NCBI GenBank assembly: GCA_951406725.2
Contig: OX597833.1
Coordinates: 62,620,001-62,684,000, forward strand
Origin: Octopus vulgaris
Taxonomy: Eukaryota
Length of the DNA: 64,000 nucleotides
Direction of reading: 5' to 3'
In this document: positions 1 to 12,200 of the stretch, piece by piece
Numbering within the stretch: the stretch's first letter is position 1
How the letters are laid out: every line of letters begins with the position of its first letter
The notes under the pieces: model-generated
The model's input: only the letters and a program-made list of their open reading frames with translations
Database searches by the model: none
What the model was told of the DNA's origin: nothing
Translations under genes and position numbers: made by a program

Positions 1-63
1 TGAGAGAAAAAAGCTTCTTTTCGAGTGGACAAGGAGAAACAGGATGAGACGAAGTATCACTGT
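1..63 (-). CDS. possible further exon running off the window edge (DSDTSSHPVSPCPLEKKLFSL...)
   Basis: (ct)n-ctag acceptor; phase-1 frame open to position 1; donor not visible. Confidence 0.3.
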
Positions 64-185
64 CTAGAGAGAGAGAGATATATATTTTACAACAGTAGAT
101 AAAAAGTTTGAAAATATTAAAAAGACAGATAATTTTAAGTAGATGTGGTTTCAGCATGCAAAAAAACAATGTAACAGCTTTTCAC

Positions 186-299
186 CAGTGGTCACTGAAG
201 TTACAACTTTGGTCACAGTGACAGCAATGCCACTTGTTGTGCTAGTACTGATACCAGTAGGGTTCCTAGTAGAAGGGCTCATAGTGGTAAAATACGGAT
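186..299 (-). CDS. 114-nt Ser/Thr-rich mucin-like stalk exon ([38 protein letters not shown])
   Basis: ttattttttgcgcag acceptor, G|gtgaaa donor, phase 1-1, about half S/T, TGCATG about 25 nt downstream. Confidence 0.75.
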
Positions 300-3200
300 C
301 TGCGCAAAAAATAAAGGGTTTTAACATGTCACTAAAATTGATTCATCTATCTTGAAGATGCGAGATGCCGAAATGTTAGAGATGGCAGAGAGAGAGAGAG
401 ATAATAGGGGAGGGGGAAAAAAAAAAGAAAAATAATAATACCAGCTAAGGATTACTAACGTGAAATTGGGTACTATAAAATATTAAAAACAAAATATTAC
501 GATTTCAATGGAAAGTTGAACAAAAAAAAAAAAAAATGCATGCGTAAAAAAAAGTAAAACCCAAGTAGACCAAACTTAAGGGTTTTTGTAGATTTAAAAA
601 ACAAATATCAAATAGAAAACAACTTTCAAAAAGTTCATCCCAGTGTCGGAAAGGTGCAATGGCAGACTTGAATGGCTAAAAGCAAAAGGGCTTCCGTCTA
701 TACTGATAGAGATGACGTCTTGAGAACATTCATTGGTGTTTATAGAGAAATGTCTGTGAATGAGCATGTGTATATAATTATTGACACGTACATCAATGAT
801 GCGGATGTTACAGGGGACAGTAGACAGAAGGCTACCACATTTGGCAGGGGATCAGGAATTGCAAGCCCTAGAAGGAGCTATGCTACTAGAGATAGTGCTA
901 ACAGGACATAAGGTGCTTGGTCAACTCCAGCAGGATCACCCGAGCGAAGTGTGTTTGATTTCTGAAAAACACCAAAACATCTAACAACCCCAGAAAACAT
1001 CATTGATGATATATGTGTACAGGTGTATCACAGGATGATGTATGGAATATATATACATTTCAATATTGGACTTATATGTATATATAATAATAAATATCCA
1101 TCATGAAATTCAAATAAATATTAAAAATGAAGAAAAAACATATTTTCTTACATCATTAACATTTGAATTTCAAACAAGTATAGTAAGTCCATTATTGAAA
1201 GATATTCAATGATTATTTCAATAAATCCTTTTAAATTTTAAATATTCTACTTTATAGATTTCTTATGATGTGAAATATGACAAAAAAAACTTTTTACTCC
1301 CTAGTTAATCAGTTTGCATCTTTTCCATATTGAGTTTCTAAATTACAGTTTGTATCTTAAAACATTCCAATACATTCCCATTGCAATTTATATTGTGTGT
1401 GTGTATTAACAAGGATAACAATGGCTTCATGTAGGAAATTTTGTGAGATCCATGTAGTCTCATCCAACATGCATGCCAATAAGCAATATTCATAAGTGGA
1501 AATATTGAAAAATTAAGGAATTTCACTATAATGAGACCAATAGTAGCATTGATAATCCAAAAATAAATATATTTATCCAACAAATGCAGTGTTGAGCACT
1601 CAAAGGGCCATTGTCAATACAAGGTGAATGAGGGACCTCAAAGCTTCCCCCTTCTTGAAGTGTTCAGAGGTTAAAGTATGAAAGACTGGGCAGAAACAAA
1701 TTTCTCGCTGTTGAAGAGGTACATAGCTACTCCACATTATATAATGATGATTGGGAGTAATTAGGGTAGAGCTAGAACTGGGAGATAAAGGTGGTGGGGG
1801 CAGACAGAAGAAAGGAATGGTAGGGAGTTTGAGGTTGGAAGAATATAAGGAGAATGAGGGACGATTAGAAAGGGCTGGAGATGAATATAATGAATGGTAA
1901 ACAAGGGTTGAGGTGTGGTTTATGATAAATATGAGTTGGAAGGTGGTGGAGAATAGATGGCTAAAGATTGGTTAGGGTCAAGGGGTGGATGTGAATAGTG
2001 AACAAGGGTAGATGAATGGTTGATAAACAGGAGTTGGAGAAAAGGTAATAGAGAGTACATTATGACTGAGAGTCCAGAATAGTGATAATCGAATAGACAT
2101 TGGGAGGATGAGAGAAAGCTGATGTGTGAATGGTGAGAGTGAGAGACATATGGTGAGTATGGTGATAAGGAAGGACATGTTAGCAGGAAGTGGTTCAGGA
2201 AAGAAGGAGAGATAAGAAGGAGTAAAAAAGAATGATCAATGAAAAATCTAAGCAGAAAGAAGTAATGATAAAAATGGAAGAAGCAACTAGTAGAACAGAT
2301 ATAGATGAAATATCTCGTACCGTTTAATTATAGCAACAGAACACTGCAATCATTGGGCAAGTAAAGGGAGGAATATTGATACAAAGAGGAACAGGTGGCA
2401 GGAAAGACAACATAATTGGGCAGGGAGTCTAGTTTTGAATATATACATTATGCTCCAAGGACTTCAGATTCATTGAGACAGGAAGGCCTTCTTGAGCATC
2501 AGGGATTGCCAATCAACCAAGCCTTTGTCATTTCCTCTTTGAGACTAAGGCCCAAGATCAGCCTTTACTACTTTGTTCCAAGTTTTGCCAAATCATCCTC
2601 TGCCACGTTAAGCTATTGCGGTCTTCTTTATATGGCTTTCCTCAGCCATATGTATACCAGCACACTATCTCCAAGCCTTTTAATGCCTAATCTTTCTCTC
2701 AACATATTAGGTTGAGGAAAAAGGTTGTACGCCATGTTAAAATAATGCATTTTTTTTTTTAATATATATTTTTGTGGTGTGTGTGTGTTCATTCAGTTCA
2801 TATCATCAAGTTCAATGGTGACTCACTATGTTTGCCGAAAACACGCTTTGTTTCAACAAGACAATGCAAGCCGCAGACCACCAGAAAAACCAGTAACAAG
2901 ACTGAAGAATTAGACGGTGTGGAAGTTCTGCCGCATCCAGCCTATAGTCCAGACGTTGCTCCATCTGACTACAGTCTCTTCCGATCAATGCACCAGTTTA
3001 TGAAAGGTCGCTGATTTGAGTCATTCGATGAAGAAGACTGTCAAGAATTTCTCAATACAAAGTCAAGGCATTGGTACTTTAACCAAATCCAAAAGCTTGC
3101 AGATCGTTGGCAGAAGGTCATGGAAAATGATGGTCTTTAATTTGAAGAACAGTTGTTGTTTTTGAATAAATGTTTGCATAAAAAGAATCATTATTTTAAC

Positions 3201-6200
3201 ACAGCACACAAATTTTTTTCCTCAACCTAATATTTATAATTTTCAGTCATGCGCATGGCCATTGCATGTCCAGTAGAGAAATGCTAGCTTTATTTCTAAT
3301 CACCACAAGTCTCCTGCAGTCTGGCCTCACACTTCACTACCTTGTAGCAAACCTGCTTGTACACAAGCATCGTACAATTTGTTTCACAACCCTTTTTGCT
3401 ACCAACTTATTTAACAGCTCTCTGAACTTTACTTCAGCCCGTTCTTATTCTAATAACTATATTTCCAGAACATCTTTCTCCACTGGTAATTAGATTACCT
3501 AGCAGCAGAAGCTATCTACTACCTCTAGGGGTCCTCCTGGACATTAGAGAAAAATCTATTTCCCATACAGTCTTAGTGCTTATAGCTTCTGCACATCTGC
3601 TACATTCAAAGTTTACTTTATCTGTTAACTTACCACAGAATCATTTTACCATTTTGCACTGGGTATACTGTGTGGAATTTCTACCAACCCCTTTTTGTAC
3701 AAATTGAGTAAGGCCATTTCACCTCGCTCTACAAAATGCAACTTTTGCAATGTTTGGCCAAAGAAATAATTGCCATAAGAAGAATACAAACCAAAATGGC
3801 TATATCGACAATAATTATAATGGGTTTCTAAAAATAAAAGGTGTCATTACATTAAATACACAGAATTGTTTTCACAAAGCATCAAAATTCCAAGAAATTC
3901 TCTACAGTTTGGAAGAGCACAAATTATAGTCACAGAAAACATTAACTTTCTTTTTATTTCCAGAATTTATAAATACCATGCTTATATGAAGGTGCTATAT
4001 GCCTCATGTTTTTACTCATTTCTGTCAATGAACAGTGGCCCTGCTGGAGCACTGCTTTGAAAGATTTAATCAAACAAATTTACCTCCTCAGTACGTAATT
4101 TTTGGTTGGTATTTCAACACTCTCTCTCTCACAGAGATGCAAATCAACACAGGCTGTCAAACAGTGGAGGTATAAATGCAATATATATGTTTCCACGCAG
4201 TTTCTATCTACAAAATTCACTCACAAGGGCTGGGTTGGCCCAGGGATATAGCAGAAGACATTTATCCAAGGTGCCAATCAGTGGGATTAAACCCATCATC
4301 ATCATCATCGTTTAACGGCCGCTTTCCATGCTAGCATGGGTTGGATGTATGCACCAGGCTCCAATCTTGATCTGGCAGAGTTTCTACAGCTGGATGCCCT
4401 TCCTAATGTCAACCACTCCGAGAGTGTAGTGGGTGTATTTTACGTGCCACCGGCACGGGGGCCAATCGGGCGGTACTGGCAATGACCTCGCTCGAATCTT
4501 TTTACACATGCCACCAGCACAGGTGCCAGTAAGGCAACGTTGGTAATGATCACGCTCAAATGGTGCCCTTTTACTTGCCACCGGCATGGAAGCCTGTTGG
4601 CTGCTCTGGCAACGATCACGCTCGGATGGTGCTCTTGGCACCCTACTAGCACGGGCACAAGTACCAGTAATGTGACGCTGGTAACGATCACGCTCGAATG
4701 GTGCCTTTTAAGTGTGTGTACATAGTATTCTGAGCAAAAAGGTTTGACAATTTCCTTCTGTTGACATTGCTAGGCATCCGACACTTCACTACAAGTTAAT
4801 TTTGTTCTCTAGATACAAAGAAGTGAAGGTCATTCACAGCTTCGTAAATGATCGAAGTTCAAGTGATCATTGGTACTGTCACAAAAGGACAGGACACACT
4901 AAACAACATAATGTACTATAGTGTCTACACTACAACACCTACCTTCATAGTCCTACTAGACCAGGTTTGACCAAGAGCTAATCATCAACATTACAAGCAC
5001 TGAATAATAAGCCTGCGGGGGACAAAATATGGAGGCAGGACTTTACCAAATCAATTTGCTTTCAATACCATTATTACAAAATACCATGTGTGTGTGTGTG
5101 TGTAGATTCATTCTTTTACTGGTTTAAGCCACTTGATTGCAGCCAGGCACTTTTAGTTGAACAATTCAATCCCAGGACTTATTCTTTGTAAACCTAGTAC
5201 TTATTCTATCAGTCTCTTTTGCTGAACTGCTAAGTTACAGAGACGTAAACACACACATAGATATATGTACCTACATACATATATATATATATATATGTAT
5301 ACAACAGGCTTCTTTCAGTTTCTGTCTACCAAATCCACTTGCAAGGATTTGGTCAGCCTGAGGCTAAAGTAGAAGACACTTGCCCAAGGTGCCATGTAGT
5401 GGGACTGAACCCAGAACTATGTGGTTGGTAAACAAGCTCCTTACCACACTGCCATGTCTATGCTATTTTTTTTTTTTTCCTTTTACCTTGAACCTCAGGA
5501 CTCGTAAGATCAATTTCCTGGTTTCCATGGTCTGTAAGTGGCCGAGATCGGAACATTTCTCCACAACGGAATGCAGTTCAGTTGCAAGGTTCAAGACCAA
5601 CAATATTTTGAAGTGAAGTGGACGAGTTGATTACACTGATTCTAGTACTCGACATGTACTTTATTTTATCAACCTCGAAGAGATGAAAGGCAAAACTGAC
5701 TCCAGTAGGATTCGAACTCAATGTAAATGCTAAGCATTTTGTTAGACATAACAATTCCGCCTGCTCTCTGCCTTAGGTGTAATATTGGCTTCAAATCTGA
5801 CACAAGGCCAGCGAGTTTGTGGGAGGGGGGGGGGAGTTGATTACAACAGCCCCCAAAAAAGGAATTTGAACTTAGAATGTAAAGATGGATGAATTGCTAC
5901 TAAGCATTTTACCTGGCATACTAATGATTTTGCCAGCTTGCCGTCTTGATGATGACGATAAAATTATCAATAATAATGATTTGAAATTCTGCCAGTTCAC
6001 TACCTTAAGCGTGAGGTGTAATATTACATCTATTTCACATCATGAGAGGAAGATGTAACACAGCAGTCAGGGACATTTCACTTCTCTCACCAAGAAATTT
6101 TTACCTCCCGTTAAACATTTTCAGCAGAATTTGTTATTAAACAAATTTATTTCTTAACCGACTTATTTTCAGCAATTAAAATTAAAATATTTTAATAACA

Positions 6201-9200
6201 AATTTCAAATTTTATAAATACAGGAAAATTAATCTAAAATCTTAGATCATTAAAATCTTGGTTGTCATTAAATGTCAATTTAAAAGATAAATCATGGTAG
6301 GTGAAAATCAATATCTTCATTCTCTAGTGTTACCTCTAATATTTGAAATGCTTGAAATAGCAGTCAAAACCTGACTCTAAAACCACATCAAGTATTCAAT
6401 ACAGCACAAGGTGAAGGACAAATAGACAAATAAAACCAGTAAAAATTGGATAATTTCAGACCCTCTGGTTTTGTCTATTTGTGCTTTCACCTTGTGCTGT
6501 ATTGAATACAAGATGTGGTTTTAGAGTCGGGTTTTGACTGCTATTTCAAGCATGGTGATATCTCTTTGACGCCCTTATTTATAATGTTAATAATTATAAT
6601 AACCTATATAGTTTTTCACTTTCATACTGTCGCTTGATTGCTTTTTAAAATAATGATCTTATCCTTATTTATATAGTAATATTTGAAATGCATTATTAGC
6701 ATTTAAAAAAAAAAAAAAAACAAAAAAAACAAGCATAAAACCATAAGGAAATGCTGACAAATACTTGTGCTGTTGTCAACAACTTCTGATTTTGGCACAA
6801 GGCCAGCAAATTTGAAGAGTGTGTGTGTATGTGTGTGTCCATTACATCAACTCTAGTACTTGGCAGGTACTTATTTTAACAATCTTGGAACGATCATAGG
6901 TAAAAGTGACCATGGCAGAATTTGAACTTGAAGCACCAGAATAAATGCTCGGCATTTTGTCCAGCATGCTAACGATTCTGCCAGCTTGCCACCTTAAATC
7001 ACTAAAATTTATAATGAATGATTAAAAAAACAGCTCAATTCATCCATATGATGGTTATCTGCCGGTTTTGAAACATGCCTCCATCTTAGACGGAGACTAA
7101 TGTACAATAGACAATAAAATCACAGTGAACAACTTGAAGATTTATATTGAGAGAAAAACCATTCAATTTATATAGGCTTTAAAAAGAAAAAAATTCCATT
7201 ATATCTGAAAATTGTAATGACCAATCAGTATATATATATACATATATAAATATATATATATATATATGTATTTCAATTTTGACATGCTTAAACTAAAGTT
7301 TTATTCTAAACGTTACTTGTAACCTCCTTCCTTACTGTGCAACAAATCATATTAAAATAGAAAGATTATTAGGTTTTGAAAGAGAAAAATATATTAATTT
7401 ATGGAAAAGTTTTGTCAATTCAAAAGCTATAAATGAAAATTAGTACAAAAAGACTTAATGGCAAGATTAAAAAAAAAAAAGAAAAGAAAAAAGAAAAAAA
7501 GAATCACTTATGGATTTCGATGGTTCTTCAGGATCTAAATTATTTTCTGAAAGGAAAAATGTAACTTGCAAATCACTAGTAAACAAAACAACACAAATCA
7601 AATTTTAAAAAATGCTGGAACAATTAGATAAGATCAAACAATGACCAAGTCAAATAGATAACATGTTAACTCCATCTTATAGTAGTAGTAGTAGTAGTAG
7701 TAGTAATAATAGTATTGATTAGTTTCAGAGACATGATTGAAAACTGTTGAAACTGCAAATGTCTAAAATTAAACTCATTTTCACATTGATTATTAGGAAA
7801 CTATTTTAAGAAAGATCAGTAATAGCTGTACATTGATTAAGATACTGTGGTGTTAAATAAGAGAGAAGGAGGCAACTTAAGGGCAGAGAAGGACAAAAAG
7901 TCAAACAGCTTCTCAAAATAGTTAATTTATGAAAGAATTTTCAGAACCACAGAAGTTAATACTGTAGTTACAATTAACGACTTTAGAGAGGGAGAGAGAG
8001 AGAGAAAGCAATTTTTCTACAGTTGAAATAAGCTTAACAAGGCATTAAGAAAACCAATTTTCTCCCAACTGGATAAATAAAGATCAGCAGGTGGTACTCG
8101 GAGATATTATGTGTCAGACACATACCCTATCTCTATAGAGGGGTAGGGTGTCTACGAGGTAGAAAACTAAAAGAAGCCAACAAAGTGAGGTTCCCCCCAC
8201 AACCGACTGCTTCTGTTTCTTAACAGAGAAGGTGGGGGGTTCCAAAAGCACAGGTAACTATGGAAAAAAACAAGGTAGAAAAAAGAATGAGCGTCAGTTG
8301 GTAATGCTGTGAAAAAGAGATTATATATTGCTTGGGTGTAAAATTGCAATATTGCATGAATGCCGACAATGAGGGGAAAAGTAGAAATAAAAGAGGAGAA
8401 TACACACTATGGAATGCGTACTGCTAGTGGGGTGGAACAAAGGAACATAAAAGGAGCTGGGGAAAAGACAATTAGACTTTTTAGAGAGAGATGGAAGAAA
8501 TGGTGATAGTTGATGCCTTGAGGATGAATTTCATGTAGAAGGTAACAGAAGACTGCAAAAAGTCATCCCAAAATGAGCATAAAATGGTGATGAGGAATGT
8601 TATTAAAAACATGTTATTACAGTTATGATTAGCTTACAAGTATTTCAGGATACTAAATGTTGAAATGAGGGCCTTAACTTGGAGCAAAGTTCGTAAGGAA
8701 AGAAATCAGAGGTAGAGGAATACAAGGAAGCTGGTGTGAGTGTTCTTGGTAACAGAAGTAGATACAACTGAAAATTAAATATTTTAATGGCTAACTTACC
8801 AAAAAAATGACTATAGTCACTTATTTGATAAGTGCTAAGTAAATATATTCCTACATGAAGTCTATAAAGTAGGAAAAGTGGTGTATGAAGACAAAGAACT
8901 AGTTCCAGAATTAAGACAGTTTGATAAGGCTAGAAAGGTTTTTGATTTGGAAGAGAAATAAATGTAATTTTATTAAAACAAAGAAACTAGAGAGAGGAAT
9001 CACAGATTTTAGCCTTCAGCATCTTACCTACCTTTCAGCTGGAAATTGGAAAAAAAAATTTCTTAATTCAATGTATAAATATGAAAATGTATTGCAATGA
9101 TGATGGATTATAGAATAAACGATCCAAGAATAATGAAATGAAACCTTATGATGTGAATGGATTGGCTCATCAAAAATCAATAATGAAAATTAACAGACAG

Positions 9201-12200
9201 TAATTGACACACACGCACATATACAGAGAATTTCAATATCAGAGAATTCAGAAATATAAAGCAATGAAAAGTGTGAGCTTCTAGTCAGTTAACAAAATGG
9301 GAGAAGAGAAAGAGCAAAACACACTCACACACACCATGCAATAAAAGGTTTGTTAAACCAGAAATTGAAAAACCTCCCTTTGCACTCCTACACTAAATAT
9401 TTCAAGCTTATTAAGATATTAAAATTCTGACTGCCCACCTGATAGCATTTTTTTTTGTTTGTTTATTTTATTTTTTTTAATTTTTAAAGTAGACTAGTTT
9501 AAACTTTTTTTTTTTCATAACGAAGAACTTCGGAAGGCACCTATTTAGTAGGTGGGAATCAATGAGTATTGAGTGGAAAAGGTTAACAGAAAATAAGAAA
9601 CAAATACTAGAACTGTTTTAAGCAGATCAATCAATAGGTTGAGAGCGTGTTAGTAGCAGAGCAGTTTTATAGAGCAAAATAAAGATTCTCTTGCGGCAGA
9701 TACTTAGCAGTCTCAGAATTTTGTGAGAAAATATATACATCATCTGCATTGCAGAACTATTTAACAACACACTAAGTTGTTAAATTCACTTCCATAATGT
9801 GTCAAAATTTGATTGATATATATATATAACACTATATTCTACATTTGGCTATAAAAGTAATGCAAAAAGCACTCAATACATTTGAAAGAGCTTAATCTTA
9901 AAGCAGAACAGAGATCATCGGCTCTGAACAAATGTATATGTGCACACAAAACTATTGAAGCTAGATATGTTCCCGTTACAGTACCCAAAAATATAATCTA
10001 ACTACATAGATCAGCCAAAGCTCAACGTTAAAAGAACCAAATAAGCTTCCGTCAACTACTGAAATTTCTAAAACCACATTAACCCTTTCGTTACCGTATT
10101 TATTTTGAGATGCTCTGTGTTTCTCTCAATTACTTTAAATATAACAAAGAATTTAGTAAAATAACTTCATTATCATTAAAGCTAGTGTTAGGAACATAAA
10201 TTGTGACTAAGGTTTGGTGGAAGATATTAATACAAAATTTATGAAAACAAGACATTTGTACTAGAGATCCAGAGGCGGTTTCAGCCGGGTTGGTAACGAA
10301 AAGGTTAATCAACGACTACAATAATATGCATGATTTTTGCTATGTGTAATTTTTGCTGTCTAATACTGGGAAGAAAATACATTCAAAACTGTTGAATAAC
10401 TTGATAATTTAAAAAAGAATTTAAATTACACCTTTTGGTGTTAACTCAACTACATTGAAATTATTTTTTTTTTATCCTGACCGTTTAAACCGGTCATATA
10501 TGGCCCAAATACTCAACCTGTATTGTGTTCAAACTGGCCAGATCCAGCCCCTTACACCTACCCGACAATGTTATTCTAAAGATTAACAGTCACATCATTG
10601 AAATCTCAAAGCTACAAGATAATGCATGATTAAATCAAAACAATGTGAACAAACAAGCATCACATTTGACAGAGCACCTCTGCATAGTTGCTTGACCTGC
10701 TAAAAAATGCAAGCAAACCTCCTTCAAACTTACTCTCTACTATCTTCAGAAAGTAGAGAGACATTAGACAATGTAGTCCTAGATAAGCAACATGCAAGTG
10801 AAAAGGTTGGTCATGGTCGTAACACCTTTGATCATATAGGCCTACTCACTCAGGGCTAAACAACAACTAGTTCTCATCTATGTTTTTGTATTTGTGGCGT
10901 TCGGAAGGGCATCCAGCCGTAGAAACATTGCCAGATCAAACTGGGCCTGGTGCAGCCTTCTGGCTTCCCAGACCCCAGTTGAACCGTCCAACCCATGCTA
11001 GCAAGGAAAGCGAACACTAAATGATGATGATGATGATGATAAGTTTAGAAGATAGAGGTATGAATTTCATTTAGAGCTGAAGTGATAAGGAGCAAATATT
11101 TTCAACATGAGCTTAATATCTATCTATAGACCTATACACACACTTTCAAATTCAATGCATACATATAACAGTGCAACAAATATTAATGCATGCAGTGAAT
11201 ACAGTCAACTTTAGGACTGATTGTTCCTATATACACAAATATAACATTCAGCTGACAACAATGTTTCAATCAATATTCTTTGTCTTTATAGTTGTGTGTG
11301 TGTGTATAATACATACATACTTACACATATGTATACATACAAACATGCATGCAGACAGACACACAAAAATTGGATGAAGACATGGAATTTAAATCTTTAA
11401 TCTTGTCCATCTCGAAATTTAGTTTTTTTAAATATTAATTCTGACTGATGTAGTGTCTACACAAAACAAGAGAGAGAGAGAAAGAGATAGATAGAGAGAA
11501 AATGTGTGTTAAACTATTAGTTTATTTAGATCTATCTATCATATACACAGGGTGCGGTGAACAAACTGTCATCTAAATTACGCAAAGATGAAAATAACAA
11601 CATCTCATTTTTTACTAAAATTACATAAAAATATCTTGAAATATTCAATAAAATTGCCATTGGCTTCGACCACAGCATCCAGACAACTTCAGCATCTCCT
11701 GCAACTCTTCCGGACAGTCTCCTTGTTTAAGTTGGTGAATGCTGCCGTAATCCTTACCTTCAATTCAAAGGAGTTTTGCTGGTCTCTTACTCAACTGTGC
11801 CCCACATACAATAATCAAGGGGGATTGCAGTCTGGGGAGTTAGGTGGCCAGATGTTAGGGGTGATGTGGTCGCAGAAATTGTCTGACAGCCATAACTGGG
11901 TCCTCCTGCTTGTATGGCATGGTGCAGAGTCCTGTTGCCAGACACAGGGTCTTCCAGCAGCCACCCTCTTGACCCAAGGTAGCACTACCTCCTCCAGGCA
12001 CTTGATGTAGACCTCCGTGTTGAGTCTGAGGCTATGTGGGAAGATGAATGGAGGCACAACATCGCCATCACTAGTGATCTCTACAAACACCATAATGCTG
12101 ACTAGATGTTTGATTTTTATCATTCTCGATACAGGTCCTCAGATTGACACCTAAACACTCTGAAATGTTCGTATTGGAGCTTCCAGCGTGAATGCCAAGC

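Noticed and set aside
442-444. Possible 3-nt exon (ttag|ctg|gtatta) analogous to the NCAM AAG exon
   Set aside because: Weak donor and poor pyrimidine tract; expected by chance
1590-2420. Purine-rich block, possibly an old retroelement
   Set aside because: No recognisable motif or termini to support a call
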